This document shows positions 37,034-46,306 of a stretch of DNA of 52,509 bases, in pieces; position 1 is the stretch's first letter, and each line of letters begins with the position of its first letter. The position numbers and the translations under genes were made by a program. A model generated the notes under the pieces. It saw only the letters and a program-made list of their open reading frames with translations, did no database searches and was not told the DNA's origin. The DNA comes from Myxococcaceae bacterium (lineage in GTDB: Bacteria > Myxococcota > Myxococcia > Myxococcales > Myxococcaceae), in the NCBI GenBank assembly GCA_040275325.1, contig JBEOKA010000358.1:1-52509 (forward strand). The letters are read 5' to 3'.

Positions 37034-37632
37034 GTGGCGCTCCCGAGCCGGGTGGTGTGCGTCGCGAGCGTGATGGCCTGCGCGTCGTGAGAGATGAGCA
37101 GCGTGGCGACCCCGTCGCGTCTGGCCTGCTCGAGCGCGGTGGCGAGCTGCTGCTTCGAGGCATCGTCGAGTCCGGCCTCGGGCTCATCGAGGAGCAGCAG
37201 CTGTGGCTTCGTCGAGAGCGCATCGGCGAGCAGCACGCGGCGCAGCTCTCCACCCGACAACTCCGAGACGCGACGGTTCAGCAGCGCCTCAGCAGCCGTG
37301 CGACTGAGCGCGCGTTCGACCTCCGCCTTCGTGGCCGCACCGATTCCCAGGAAGGAAGGACGCGTGGTGCGTGAGGCTGCGAGCAGCTCGAGCACCGTCA
37401 TCGGCGTGAGCGTCGGCACCGAGAAACGCTGCGGCACCACGGCGAGGCGAACGTCGGCCGCGAGCTCGAGCGCGCCCTCGAAATGGATGAGGCCCAACAC
37501 ACAGTCGAGAAACGTCGACTTGCCCGAGCCGTTGGGCCCCACCAGCGCGTGCACCTCGCCCTTCGCGATGGAGAGCGAGACAGGCGCGAGCCGGCCAGCG
37601 ACCCGAACGTCTTTCGCCACGAGCACGTTCAT
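37030..37632 (-). CDS. znuC: Metal ABC transporter ATP-binding protein
   Basis: Walker A GPNGSGKST. ABC signature LSGGELRR. Walker B LLLLDEP. Confidence 0.85.
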   Translation of the reverse strand: MNVLVAKDVRVAGRLAPVSLSIAKGEVHALVGPNGSGKSTFLDCVLGLIHFEGALELAADVRLAVVPQRFSVPTLTPMTVLELLAASRTTRPSFLGIGAATKAEVERALSRTAAEALLNRRVSELSGGELRRVLLADALSTKPQLLLLDEPEAGLDDASKQQLATALEQARRDGVATLLISHDAQAITLATHTTRLGSAT

Positions 37633-38504
37633 CGAACGAGCTCCTGCACGATGGCGTCGAGGTTCTGCTGCATGTCGTGCTCGAAGCGCTCGGGGGTGAA
37701 CGCTCCCGTCGCGATGTGGCTCACCACCACCACGCGCGCGCCTGCGTCTTCGAGCACCTTCGCCATCGCGGGCGGAAATGACTCCTCGGAGAAGACGACG
37801 GTCGCCTGCTTCGACTGGAGCAGCTGAACGACCTCGCCCAGTTCGGAGGCCGAAGGGAGCAGCCCGTGCGTCGGCTCCACCACGGCTGCCAATTCGAGCC
37901 CGAGCTCCTGCAACAGATAGGAGTAGCCGTCATGCACCGTCACCACGCGGCGCGACTTCACGGTCGAGAGCGCCGTCACCGCCCGCGCTCGCATCGCCCG
38001 CAGCGTCCTGGCGTACGCCGCGGCGTTGCGCTCGAGCTGCCCTCTCCACTCGGGTCTCACCTCAGCCAGCGCCCGCGCGAGCGCGTACGACTGCAGCGCC
38101 GCGTTGCCCAGTGAGAGAAACGTGTGCGAGTTCGGAGCGCCATCTCTCGACACCAGCCGCGGCGTCGCGTCGTTCAGACGCACGCGTACGAGCTTCGGGT
38201 TGTCTGCCGCGCGCACCATCTCGTCGAGGAACGCGTCATGCCCGAGCCCGTTCTCGACCAGCACGTCGAGCGTCGTGAGCGTCGCCACGTCCTGCGGGCG
38301 CGGCTGGTAGCTGCCGATGTCGACGTCGCCCGGCACCACGGGCACCACCTCGACCGGCAGCCCCTGCGTCACCCGAGCGGTCCACGAGGAGTAGGGGTGC
38401 AGCGTCACGCCGACGCGGAGCGGAGTTGCTGCCACCAGCGCGAGGCAGACGAGCGAGGTCACGGCGCCGCGCTCACCGTGCCGGGCGGCGCCTTGCCAAC
38501 ACAC
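37629..38504 (-). CDS. znuA: Metal ABC transporter substrate-binding protein (ZnuA/TroA family)
   Basis: Sits in an operon with the permease and ATPase. TroA-like length and secondary pattern. The start is uncertain: the ATG at 38504 overlaps the upstream gene by 46 nt, and a GTG at 38462 is an alternative. Confidence 0.65.
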   Translation of the reverse strand: MCWQGAARHGERGAVTSLVCLALVAATPLRVGVTLHPYSSWTARVTQGLPVEVVPVVPGDVDIGSYQPRPQDVATLTTLDVLVENGLGHDAFLDEMVRAADNPKLVRVRLNDATPRLVSRDGAPNSHTFLSLGNAALQSYALARALAEVRPEWRGQLERNAAAYARTLRAMRARAVTALSTVKSRRVVTVHDGYSYLLQELGLELAAVVEPTHGLLPSASELGEVVQLLQSKQATVVFSEESFPPAMAKVLEDAGARVVVVSHIATGAFTPERFEHDMQQNLDAIVQELVR

Positions 38505-39403
38505 GAGGGCAGCTGCTCGAGCGCTGCGGCGTCATGCGCGGGAATGACGAGCAGGTCGGGCCGCTCCTTCGACAGCACGTGCAGCAGGCCCAGCGCGTCG
38601 CCTGTCTTCCCTTCGTCGGCGTCGAGCCGCACGAGCGGGTTCTTGTGCACCGGCGCCTCGACGCCGCGCATCGTCCACGAGGTGTCACCCGAGAACAGCG
38701 CGGTGCGGCCGTTGGTGAGCTTCACCAGAAAGGCGGTGCTGCCCGGCGTGTGACCGGGAATCGGCACCGCCACGATGGCGCCGTCGCCGAAGACGTCGAA
38801 CGACGAGGGGAAGCCGTCGCGCGCCGGGCCCTTGAAGTCGAACGTCCACAGGCGCTCCTTTGCGCGCGCCAGGTGGTGCGGCATCACGCCTTCGTCGAGG
38901 AAGCGGCTCAACGAGCGCGCCCACTCGAGCTCGGGCCTCGCGATGAGCACCCGCGCGTTGGGAATGTCGCCGAGCGCGCCGACGTGGTCCCAGTGCACGT
39001 GGGTGGCGAGGGCGAGCGTCACCTCGTTCGGGTCGAGGCCGGCTTCGCCCATCAGCTCGACCATCGGGCGCTTCGTGCGCGCGGGGCCCATGGCGAGCGC
39101 GAACAGCTTGGGGCCCTTCGCGAGGTCGCTCGCCACGTTCCTGCCGAACGCCGGGTCGATGATGACGAGGCCCGCCGGGTGCTTCACCACGATGGAGGCG
39201 ATGCCGTAGTGCCACGGCTCGAAGCTGAACTCGGCGACGCCTTCGACGCGCGAACGCTGGGCGCGCTCCTGCATCAGCACGCAGACCTCGACGCCGCGGC
39301 CCGTCAGCTTCGAGGCCTTCACGAGAGTGGGGTCGGGCAGCCGAATCGGTGGACCGGCGCAGGCAGACAGGGAGAGGAGGACGTAGACGGCCAGTCGCAG
39401 CAT
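38459..39403 (-). CDS. MBL-fold metallo-hydrolase lipoprotein
   Basis: Lipobox LLSLSAC. HxHxDH motif THVHWDHVG. Downstream His/Asp ligands. Confidence 0.75.
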   Translation of the reverse strand: MLRLAVYVLLSLSACAGPPIRLPDPTLVKASKLTGRGVEVCVLMQERAQRSRVEGVAEFSFEPWHYGIASIVVKHPAGLVIIDPAFGRNVASDLAKGPKLFALAMGPARTKRPMVELMGEAGLDPNEVTLALATHVHWDHVGALGDIPNARVLIARPELEWARSLSRFLDEGVMPHHLARAKERLWTFDFKGPARDGFPSSFDVFGDGAIVAVPIPGHTPGSTAFLVKLTNGRTALFSGDTSWTMRGVEAPVHKNPLVRLDADEGKTGDALGLLHVLSKERPDLLVIPAHDAAALEQLPSCVGKAPPGTVSAAP

Positions 39404-39422
39404 CGGGCGCCTTATGCCGCAA

Positions 39423-40913
39423 TCACTCGCACGCCGCCGCCTTCTTCCCGGCCTTGAGCAGGTGCAGCTCGCAGCCGATCTCGGTGATGGCGTCGATGAC
39501 CAGCTCGTCTTCGTCGTCGATGGCGGTCGAGGTGAAGCCCTGCGCGGCGGTCGGAGGCAGGGTCTCAGCGAGGGCGTTGCGCAGGGCGGTGTCGCCCAGC
39601 ATCGCGAGGAAGACCTGGGCCGTGCGCTGCTCGTCCTTCGAGACCTGCTTCAGGCGCGGCTCGAGCTGAGGGCGAAGCGTGCGCGAGTTCACCAGCGCTC
39701 CGGCGACCGACGCGCGGGCGTCCCAGTCCTTCGGGGTCTTGAAGGCGAGGTCGAGCAGCAGATTGGCCTCCTGGAGGGTCAGCTCGAAGCGCGCGACCTT
39801 GACGCGGTCGAGCGCCTCGCTCGTGCGCACCTTTCGCTCGAGCGCGGCGAAGAGCTTCTCGCGGTCGTTCGACGACGTGAGCTCCATGACGAGGTCGCCC
39901 TCAGGTTGGCCGAGCGCCTCGAGCCACTCGCCGGTCGTCACGGGCTCGTAGAGCGCCAGCCTCGCGACGACGGAGCCGCCCTTCGTGCACTTCGCGACGC
40001 CTGCCTTCACGCCCGCGCTGCGCAGCGCCACCTTCTCGGGGAGCACGCCGTGCGGCTCGATGGCCCGGACGTCGAGGCTGCGTTTCATCGTGCACAGCTG
40101 CTGCGCCAGGGCCGACGCGGCGGCGACGATGGTTGCGTCAGGCGTGAGCTCGCACTCGAGCGTGGCCTTCGCCGTCTGCCCGCCGGGGCGCTTCATCGCG
40201 GCGTCGATGAAGGTCAGCGCCCGCGTCGTGTTCTCACCATCACGGCGGCAGGTGGCCACGACGACGGCGGCGCGGCTCTCGTCGGGCTCGTCTTCGGCCG
40301 CGAGGCGCTCGAGCACGAACGCGTCACCTTCGCCGCTGAGGCTGCTCGCTGCTTCGGCGATGAGGTCGGCGCGCTTTCTGCCCTCCTTCGTTGCGAGCTT
40401 CGTGCGGTACTGGGCCACGAGGTCGACCTGCGACTGAATGGTGGTGGGTGTCTTCGTCTCTCCGCCGTCGTCAGTCACCGTCACCTTCGCGGCTTCGACG
40501 ATGGCGCGTTGGCCCAGCTCGGGCAGGTCGAGCTGCACGAGCTCACGCCAGCCCGTCTCGGTCTTCGCGCGCGCCGAGAGCAGGTCGCCCGACGTCGAGT
40601 ACAGGCCGTGAAAGGTGACGACGCCGCCCTCGGTGACGGTGACCTCGTCGAACTTCTCGGGGAAGACGGCCGAGTAGAGCAGGAAGGGCAGAATGATGAC
40701 GCAGGCCGCGGAGTGACCGCAGCCGCCGCCACCGCCCGACGCGCGGGTGTTGCGCTCGACCTTCACCACCACCTCGGGAAGCTTCGCGCGCTTCTTCACC
40801 GCGTCGAGGGTGGCGGGCACGTCGACGTACGACTTCTGCTCTGGCGAGCACCGCACACAGCAGGCGCTCAGCACGAACGTCATGGCCCAGACGGCCAGCA
40901 GCTTCGGTGTCAT
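39423..40913 (-). CDS. Hypothetical lipoprotein
   Basis: Start reassigned to ATG 40911-40913, giving MTPKLLAVWAMTFVLSACC (lipobox). The upstream part of the six-frame ORF is Arg/Gly-rich junk. Largely alpha-helical, no recognised domain. Confidence 0.55.
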   Translation of the reverse strand: MTPKLLAVWAMTFVLSACCVRCSPEQKSYVDVPATLDAVKKRAKLPEVVVKVERNTRASGGGGGCGHSAACVIILPFLLYSAVFPEKFDEVTVTEGGVVTFHGLYSTSGDLLSARAKTETGWRELVQLDLPELGQRAIVEAAKVTVTDDGGETKTPTTIQSQVDLVAQYRTKLATKEGRKRADLIAEAASSLSGEGDAFVLERLAAEDEPDESRAAVVVATCRRDGENTTRALTFIDAAMKRPGGQTAKATLECELTPDATIVAAASALAQQLCTMKRSLDVRAIEPHGVLPEKVALRSAGVKAGVAKCTKGGSVVARLALYEPVTTGEWLEALGQPEGDLVMELTSSNDREKLFAALERKVRTSEALDRVKVARFELTLQEANLLLDLAFKTPKDWDARASVAGALVNSRTLRPQLEPRLKQVSKDEQRTAQVFLAMLGDTALRNALAETLPPTAAQGFTSTAIDDEDELVIDAITEIGCELHLLKAGKKAAACE

Positions 40914-40991
40914 CGACCCTCCCCGCGGGTGAGGCGGGAACGTACCGCGTCGTGGTTGGTCGTCACCCTTGCTTCGTGCGAGCGTGCGCGC

Positions 40992-42362
40992 GTGCTTCGC
41001 CTCGTGCCCGACTTCGCGTTCATTGCAGGCTCGCTCGTCGAACAGCCCGTCATCGGCGTCGACGACGAAGGTCGCGTCTGTGCCCCCGTGGAGTCGGCGC
41101 CCCTTCGTCGCTTGAGTGGAAGGCTGCTGCTGCCCGGCTTCGTGAATGGTCACAGCCATGCGTTTCAGCGGGTGCTGCGTGGGCGCACCGAGCTGCGTGG
41201 CGAAGGCAACGAGTCAGACGACTTCTGGTCGTGGCGCGAGCGCATGTACCAGGCGGCGACGGCGCTCTCTCCCGAGCAGCTGTACGCGGTGTCGCGGCAG
41301 ACGTTCCTCGAGATGGCGCTCGCCGGTGTGACGACGGTGGGCGAGTTCCACTACGTGCAGCACCAGCCCGATGGCACGCCGTACGACGACGTGTCGCTGC
41401 TCGCGAAGACGGTGATTCAGGCGGCGCGTGACGTGGGGCTGCGCATCGTGCTGCTGCGAGTGGGCTACGCGCGCGCGGGGCATCAGGTGGCGGCGAACCC
41501 GAGGCAGCGGCGCTTCATCGACCCTGACGTCGATGCGTTGCTTTTCCGTGTCGAGGCGCTGCGGAAGAGCGTGGTCGATCCGCTCGTCTCGGTTGGCCTC
41601 GCTCCGCACTCGGTTCGCGCGGTGCCGAAGGAGTGGCTGAAGCGCATCGTCGAGGCGCGGCCCGCGGGTCCACTGCACATGCACGTCGCGGAGCAGCCGG
41701 CCGAGCTGCGCGCGTGTCTCGCCGAGACGGGGAGACGCCCCATCGAGCTGCTCGCCGACGTGGGGGTGCTGGGGCCGAACTTCACCGGCGTGCACGCGAT
41801 TCATCTCGAGGCGAACGAGGTGGCGTTGCTGGGGCAGTCGAAGTCGATGGTCTGTGCGTGCCCGACGACGGAGCGGAACCTGGGCGACGGCATCGTGCGC
41901 GCCGACGAGCTGTCGAGCGCCGGTGTCGAAGTCTCGCTCGGCAGCGACAGTCAGGCACACATCGACCTGCTCGATGAGGCGAAGCAGCTCGAGGGGCACC
42001 TTCGGTTGTTGCGGCTGTCGCGCGCGGTGTTGTTCCCGAAGCAGGTCGAGGGTGCGCGTGAGTCGGAGCTGGGGCGCGTGTTGCTGCGCTCGCTCACCGT
42101 CTCGGGGGCGCGTTCTCTCGGCATCGACACGGGCTCGCTCACCATCGGTCAGCCCGCGGACTTCGTGACGCTCGACGTGAATCACCCGACGATGGTCGGC
42201 GCTCCGAAAGAGGCGTTGCTGACCGCGGCCGTGCTGGGCGCGTCGAGCGCCGCAATTCGTGACGTCGCCGTGCAGGGTCGCTTCATCGTGGAAGACGGTC
42301 GCCACGCGCTGATGGAGCAGAGCGCCGCGGCGTACTCGAAGGTCGTCGCCAGCCTGGTCTGA
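40992..42362 (+). CDS. Amidohydrolase-superfamily deiminase/deaminase (formimidoylglutamate-deiminase/guanine-deaminase-like)
   Basis: This is the C-terminal 456 aa of a 982-aa GC-shadow ORF. GTG start at 40992. Metal-binding PGFVNGHSHAFQR. Downstream HxH...D signature of the amidohydrolase fold. Confidence 0.65.
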   Translation: MLRLVPDFAFIAGSLVEQPVIGVDDEGRVCAPVESAPLRRLSGRLLLPGFVNGHSHAFQRVLRGRTELRGEGNESDDFWSWRERMYQAATALSPEQLYAVSRQTFLEMALAGVTTVGEFHYVQHQPDGTPYDDVSLLAKTVIQAARDVGLRIVLLRVGYARAGHQVAANPRQRRFIDPDVDALLFRVEALRKSVVDPLVSVGLAPHSVRAVPKEWLKRIVEARPAGPLHMHVAEQPAELRACLAETGRRPIELLADVGVLGPNFTGVHAIHLEANEVALLGQSKSMVCACPTTERNLGDGIVRADELSSAGVEVSLGSDSQAHIDLLDEAKQLEGHLRLLRLSRAVLFPKQVEGARESELGRVLLRSLTVSGARSLGIDTGSLTIGQPADFVTLDVNHPTMVGAPKEALLTAAVLGASSAAIRDVAVQGRFIVEDGRHALMEQSAAAYSKVVASLV

Positions 42363-42429
42363 ACCGTCGACCGCGTGCCGAGCCATCAAGCCGGCCTTCG
42401 CGAGGAATCGTTCGCGCGGGATGTCGGCG

Positions 42430-43332
42430 TCAGCGAGGGTCTTCGGCTGTTTCGCCGAGCGCCAGCACCTGCCCAGCAGCCAGAAACACCCCGGCATCGA
42501 CCCGAGCGATCAGCGAGTCCTCCCTCCCGACCCAAACGACGCGAAAGGAGCGGCCGCTGGTTTCCACGATCGGCGTGGGAGGAAGGCCGTGCTCGGCGAG
42601 TCCTGCGCGCATTGCCTCGAGCGCCTCCGCAGCGTCTCGATTCAGTGCGGAGTCGTGACTCGATTCGGCCACGGCCCGAAAGGCGTAGTCGGCGAGCGAA
42701 TAGCGTCGCGTATGAAAGGACGCGTAGCCGAGCGCGAGCCAGAGTTCCGCCTGCGCATGCCAGCTCGACGCGTCGGGAGTGTCGCACCAGGGCAGACGCA
42801 GCCCCCACCAGGCCGCAGTGAAGGCTTCGTCGTAGGTCTTCTGCTTCAAGTACGAATTGGCCACACCGAGTCGTGCATATCGATGCGTGGGTTGGTCTGG
42901 CTCAGCGAACGCACCAAGACACCGGGCGTACGCGTCGCGCGAAGCCTCGTGGTCGCCCGATTGGCCGAAGGCAAAGCCAGCCGACTTCCACATTGACGCA
43001 GCGCTCGGAGAGTCGTTCCCCTCGTAGATTTCTCCAGCCTCTGACCACGCCTCGGCCGCTTCCTCGAAACGCCTGGCCGCAAACAACGCGCTGCCAAGAT
43101 GACCCAATGTGTCCGCTGTCGTCAGACGGCCGCCAGCAACGCGGCACAACGTCACCCGTGCGTTCCAGCCCAGTACCGCGTCGAGAGCCAACAGCTCGTC
43201 GACCTGAGCCCACGCGTTCTCCGTGTCTCCGCTGGCAATGAGTGCATCGAGTTGTTCGACGAGGGCACTGATTCGGGTGGACAGACTCAGAATTCGCTCC
43301 GCAAACCTCGAAGGTCGGTGGTGACACTCCAT
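42430..43332 (-). CDS. TPR-like hypothetical protein
   Basis: 300 aa, helical and W/Y/A-rich (AWSEAGEIYEGNDSPSAASMWKSAGFAFGQSGDHEAS). No signal peptide. Confidence 0.45.
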   Translation of the reverse strand: MECHHRPSRFAERILSLSTRISALVEQLDALIASGDTENAWAQVDELLALDAVLGWNARVTLCRVAGGRLTTADTLGHLGSALFAARRFEEAAEAWSEAGEIYEGNDSPSAASMWKSAGFAFGQSGDHEASRDAYARCLGAFAEPDQPTHRYARLGVANSYLKQKTYDEAFTAAWWGLRLPWCDTPDASSWHAQAELWLALGYASFHTRRYSLADYAFRAVAESSHDSALNRDAAEALEAMRAGLAEHGLPPTPIVETSGRSFRVVWVGREDSLIARVDAGVFLAAGQVLALGETAEDPR

Positions 43333-43434
43333 GGCCGGCGAAACGGCGGTTTCCCGTCGGCTGCTCGTCCTTTCTCCCGCTCGGAGACGACGGACTCCGC
43401 TCCGGGCCTTCTGCGCCGAGAACGAAGCGTCACG

Positions 43435-43935
43435 TCAGGCCGCGACGGGTTGGTCGAGCAACCCACGTGCAGCGGCGATGGCCTCATGACTGCCCGCGAG
43501 GGCGAGCCGGTCGTGGGCGGCGAGCTTCTCGGTCGGCGTCGCGAGCAGGCTGGCGCCTTCGCGCGTGATGGCCAGCACGGTCGCGCCCGTCACGCCGCGC
43601 AGGTTGAGCTCGGCCAGTGTCTTCCCCACCGCGGGGCTCGTCTCACCCAGCTCGATGACCGACGCGACGCTCAGGCCCAGGCCGGGCAGCAGCGTGCCGA
43701 CCTCGGCGATGGCTTCTCCCTGCTCGGTGTTCTGTCGCTCTGACGACGTCAGCAGCGCGCCGCTGATGATCTCGACGCCGGCGCGAACGTGGCCCTCGAG
43801 GCTGGTCGTCTGTCTCCAGAACGTGAGCGCGAGCACCCCGAGCAACACCAACAGCACGACGCCGATGGGCACCGACGGCAGCAGCGGCTGGGTGACGGCC
43901 ACCATCGGCACGCCGAGCGCCAGCACGATGGCCAT
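43435..43935 (-). CDS. Two-TM plus TrkA_C (RCK_C) domain protein, or the C-terminal part of the upstream CPA2 gene
   Basis: ATG at 43933-43935. Two hydrophobic helices. RCK_C-like LSVASVIELGETSPAVGKTLAELNLRGVTGATVLAITREG. No clear RBS. Confidence 0.5.
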   Translation of the reverse strand: MAIVLALGVPMVAVTQPLLPSVPIGVVLLVLLGVLALTFWRQTTSLEGHVRAGVEIISGALLTSSERQNTEQGEAIAEVGTLLPGLGLSVASVIELGETSPAVGKTLAELNLRGVTGATVLAITREGASLLATPTEKLAAHDRLALAGSHEAIAAARGLLDQPVAA

Positions 43936-43949
43936 CTGGAACGTCACCG

Positions 43950-45458
43950 TCAGCACACGACGTGGAGACGCCGCGAGGTCGAGCTTCCCGTCGGTGCGCG
44001 GCGGGAGCGCCGACTCGGCCAGCTCCTTCGCAGCGAGATGGAGACCCGCACGATGCCGATGAGGAACGGCAACGCCACCACGCCCGCGACCACCAGCACC
44101 AGCCACGCCGGGAAGTCGCTGAAGATCTCGGTTCGACGCGCGAGCGCGGTGCTGACGATGATGGCCGTCAACAGCCCCGCGTCGATGAGCAGCGCGCGCA
44201 CCTTCTTTCGCGGGCCCTGCGCGGCCGGCCGGTCTTTGAGCCCGTCGAGCCAGCTCGCGTAGAGCGTGGTGAACATCTGCACCGGCTTCGGTGACTTGCG
44301 GTCGACGAAGCTCGCGAACGGCCCCGAGGCCTTCACCAACCAGCCCGTCGACAGCGTGCTCATCACGCTGACGGCCGCGGCGACGGGGAAGAGGAAGTCG
44401 CCCGTCACGCCGAGCGTCTTCCCGAGGCCGGCGATGATGAACGAGAACTCTCCAATCTGCGCCATGCTCATGCCCGCCTGAATCGACGAGCGGGTGCCCG
44501 AGCCGGTCAGGAACGAGCCGATCGACACGCTCATCACCTTGCCGATGATGACGACCGCGAGCAGCGCCACCACCGCGCCCCAGTTGCGGGTCACCTCGGC
44601 GGGGTCGATCAACATGCCGACCGACACGAAGAAGATGGCTGAGAAGAGGTCCTTCAGTGGCGCGACGAGGTGCTCGACCTTCTCGGCCTGACCCGACTCC
44701 GCGATGAGCGAGCCCGCGAGGAAGGCGCCGAGCGCGACGGAGTATCCAAAGTGCTGCGCGAGCAACGCGACCGAGAAGCAGAAGCCGACCGCGGCCACGA
44801 GCGTCGTCTCGGGACGATTGAGCTTGAGCACCGCCCGGGTCGCGCGCGGCACGACGAAGAGGCCGACGATCATGAGGCCGCCGAGGAACAAGGCGAGCCG
44901 GCTCAGCGTGCTGGCCAGGGCTTCTGCCGACACCTGCGTTCCCGTCGAGAGCGCGGTCAATGTCGTCAGCAACAGAATCGCGATGAGGTCTTCGACGACC
45001 AGCACGCCGACGACGAGCTCGCGCAGCTTCCCGGCGATGCCCTGCTCGTCGAACGTCTTCACGATGATGGTGGTCGACGAGATGGAGACGACCGCGGCGG
45101 TGAAGACGCTCTCGAGCGTGCTCCAGCCCAGCGCGCGCGCCGCGAGGAAGCCCAGCGTGAGCATGCTGCCGGTCTCGATGACCGCCGTGAGCCCCGCGCG
45201 CGGCCCCACTTTGCGCAGCTGGCGAAGGCTGAACTCGAGGCCGATGGAGAACATCACGAAGATGACGCCCAGCTCGGAGAGCGCGGTGACGAGGCCAACG
45301 TCGGCGACGAGCGGAATCGGCAGGTGTGGCCCGACGATGAGCCCGGCGACGACGTACCCGAGCACCACGGGCAGTCGCAGGGCCTGACAGAGCAGGGTCG
45401 TGACGGCTCCAACGCCGAGCACCGTCGCGAGCGCCGAGAGAAAGTCGTGCGCGGTCAT
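43950..45458 (-). CDS. Cation:proton antiporter, CPA2 (Kef-type) family
   Basis: N-terminus LGYVVAGLIVGPHLPIPLV and 12-13 TM helices typical of the Na_H_Exchanger fold. The last ~30 aa (SISLRRSWPSRRSRRAPTGSST...) are low-complexity and may be out of frame. Confidence 0.75.
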   Translation of the reverse strand: MTAHDFLSALATVLGVGAVTTLLCQALRLPVVLGYVVAGLIVGPHLPIPLVADVGLVTALSELGVIFVMFSIGLEFSLRQLRKVGPRAGLTAVIETGSMLTLGFLAARALGWSTLESVFTAAVVSISSTTIIVKTFDEQGIAGKLRELVVGVLVVEDLIAILLLTTLTALSTGTQVSAEALASTLSRLALFLGGLMIVGLFVVPRATRAVLKLNRPETTLVAAVGFCFSVALLAQHFGYSVALGAFLAGSLIAESGQAEKVEHLVAPLKDLFSAIFFVSVGMLIDPAEVTRNWGAVVALLAVVIIGKVMSVSIGSFLTGSGTRSSIQAGMSMAQIGEFSFIIAGLGKTLGVTGDFLFPVAAAVSVMSTLSTGWLVKASGPFASFVDRKSPKPVQMFTTLYASWLDGLKDRPAAQGPRKKVRALLIDAGLLTAIIVSTALARRTEIFSDFPAWLVLVVAGVVALPFLIGIVRVSISLRRSWPSRRSRRAPTGSSTSRRLHVVC

Positions 45459-45496
45459 GCGTCGTCAATGACGACTTCGGCGCCGAAGGGCGAGCG

Positions 45497-46291
45497 CTAT
45501 TTCGCGATTTCTGCACGCAGCCACGCGAGCGCAATGCCGCTGGTGACCGAGACGTTCAACGAGTCCCACGTGCCCGTCATCGGAATGCGCGCCGTCACGC
45601 AGCGCTTCAGCGTCTCCTCCGACAGCCCCGGGCCTTCGGCGCCGAGCAGAAACGCCACGCGCGACGACTTCGGGCGCTGCTGACCTCCGATGATCAGCTC
45701 GCCCCGCGGAGACAGCGCCAGCACCTCGTACCCACGCGCCACGAGCAGCTCAATCATCGCCGCCTCGCTCGCCACCTGCGCGAAGGGAACGTGCAGCGTG
45801 CCGCCGCTCGAGACGCGAATCGCCTTTCGGTACAGCGGGTCGCAGGTGGCCTCGTCGTACAGCACGCCGTCGACGCCGAAGGCCGCCGCGTTGCGGAAGA
45901 TGCCGCCCACGTTGTCGTGGTTCGTCACACCGCAGAGCCCCAGCACGAGGCTCGGCTCCCGACTCAACACCTCGTCGACCGTGCGCTCACGCCCGCGCGT
46001 ACCGACTGCGAGCACCCCGCGATGAAATGGCATGCCGACGATGCGCTCGAGAATGGCCTGTGACGCGACGTACACGGGAATCGACTCGGGCAGCTTCCCG
46101 GCCAGGTGCTGCGCCCGGTTCTTCGAGAGCAACAGCGCCTGCGTCGCAAAGTGCGTGGAGCCGAGCAGCACCGGCAGCACCACCTCTCCCTCGACGATGA
46201 ACGAGCCCTGGTCTCTCAGCTCGCGGTCACGAATCGAACGAAACGCCTCGATGCGCGGGTCTGCTTCCGACTCGATGTCGATGAACGGCAC
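45497..46291 (-). CDS. TrmH/SpoU-family RNA 2'-O-methyltransferase
   Basis: SpoU_sub_bind-like N-terminus. Class IV MTase motifs (LVLGLCGVTNHDNVGGIFRNA; AFLLGAEGPGLS; GTWDSLNVSVTSGIALA). Confidence 0.8.
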   Translation of the reverse strand: MPFIDIESEADPRIEAFRSIRDRELRDQGSFIVEGEVVLPVLLGSTHFATQALLLSKNRAQHLAGKLPESIPVYVASQAILERIVGMPFHRGVLAVGTRGRERTVDEVLSREPSLVLGLCGVTNHDNVGGIFRNAAAFGVDGVLYDEATCDPLYRKAIRVSSGGTLHVPFAQVASEAAMIELLVARGYEVLALSPRGELIIGGQQRPKSSRVAFLLGAEGPGLSEETLKRCVTARIPMTGTWDSLNVSVTSGIALAWLRAEIAK

Positions 46292-46306
46292 GCGGCCACC
46301 CTACGC

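Noticed and set aside
39414-40991. N-terminal ~525 aa of the 982-aa plus-strand ORF
   Set aside because: Arg/Leu/Gly/Ala-rich with no structure. It lies antisense to a lipoprotein gene with a clear lipobox start. Only the C-terminal 456 aa from GTG 40992 show amidohydrolase motifs.
43936-45534. Upstream 530 aa of the 699-aa minus ORF 43435-45534
   Set aside because: Arg/His/Gly-rich junk overlapping the genuine CPA2 antiporter in another frame. Only the last ~165 aa (2 TM plus TrkA_C) are protein-like.
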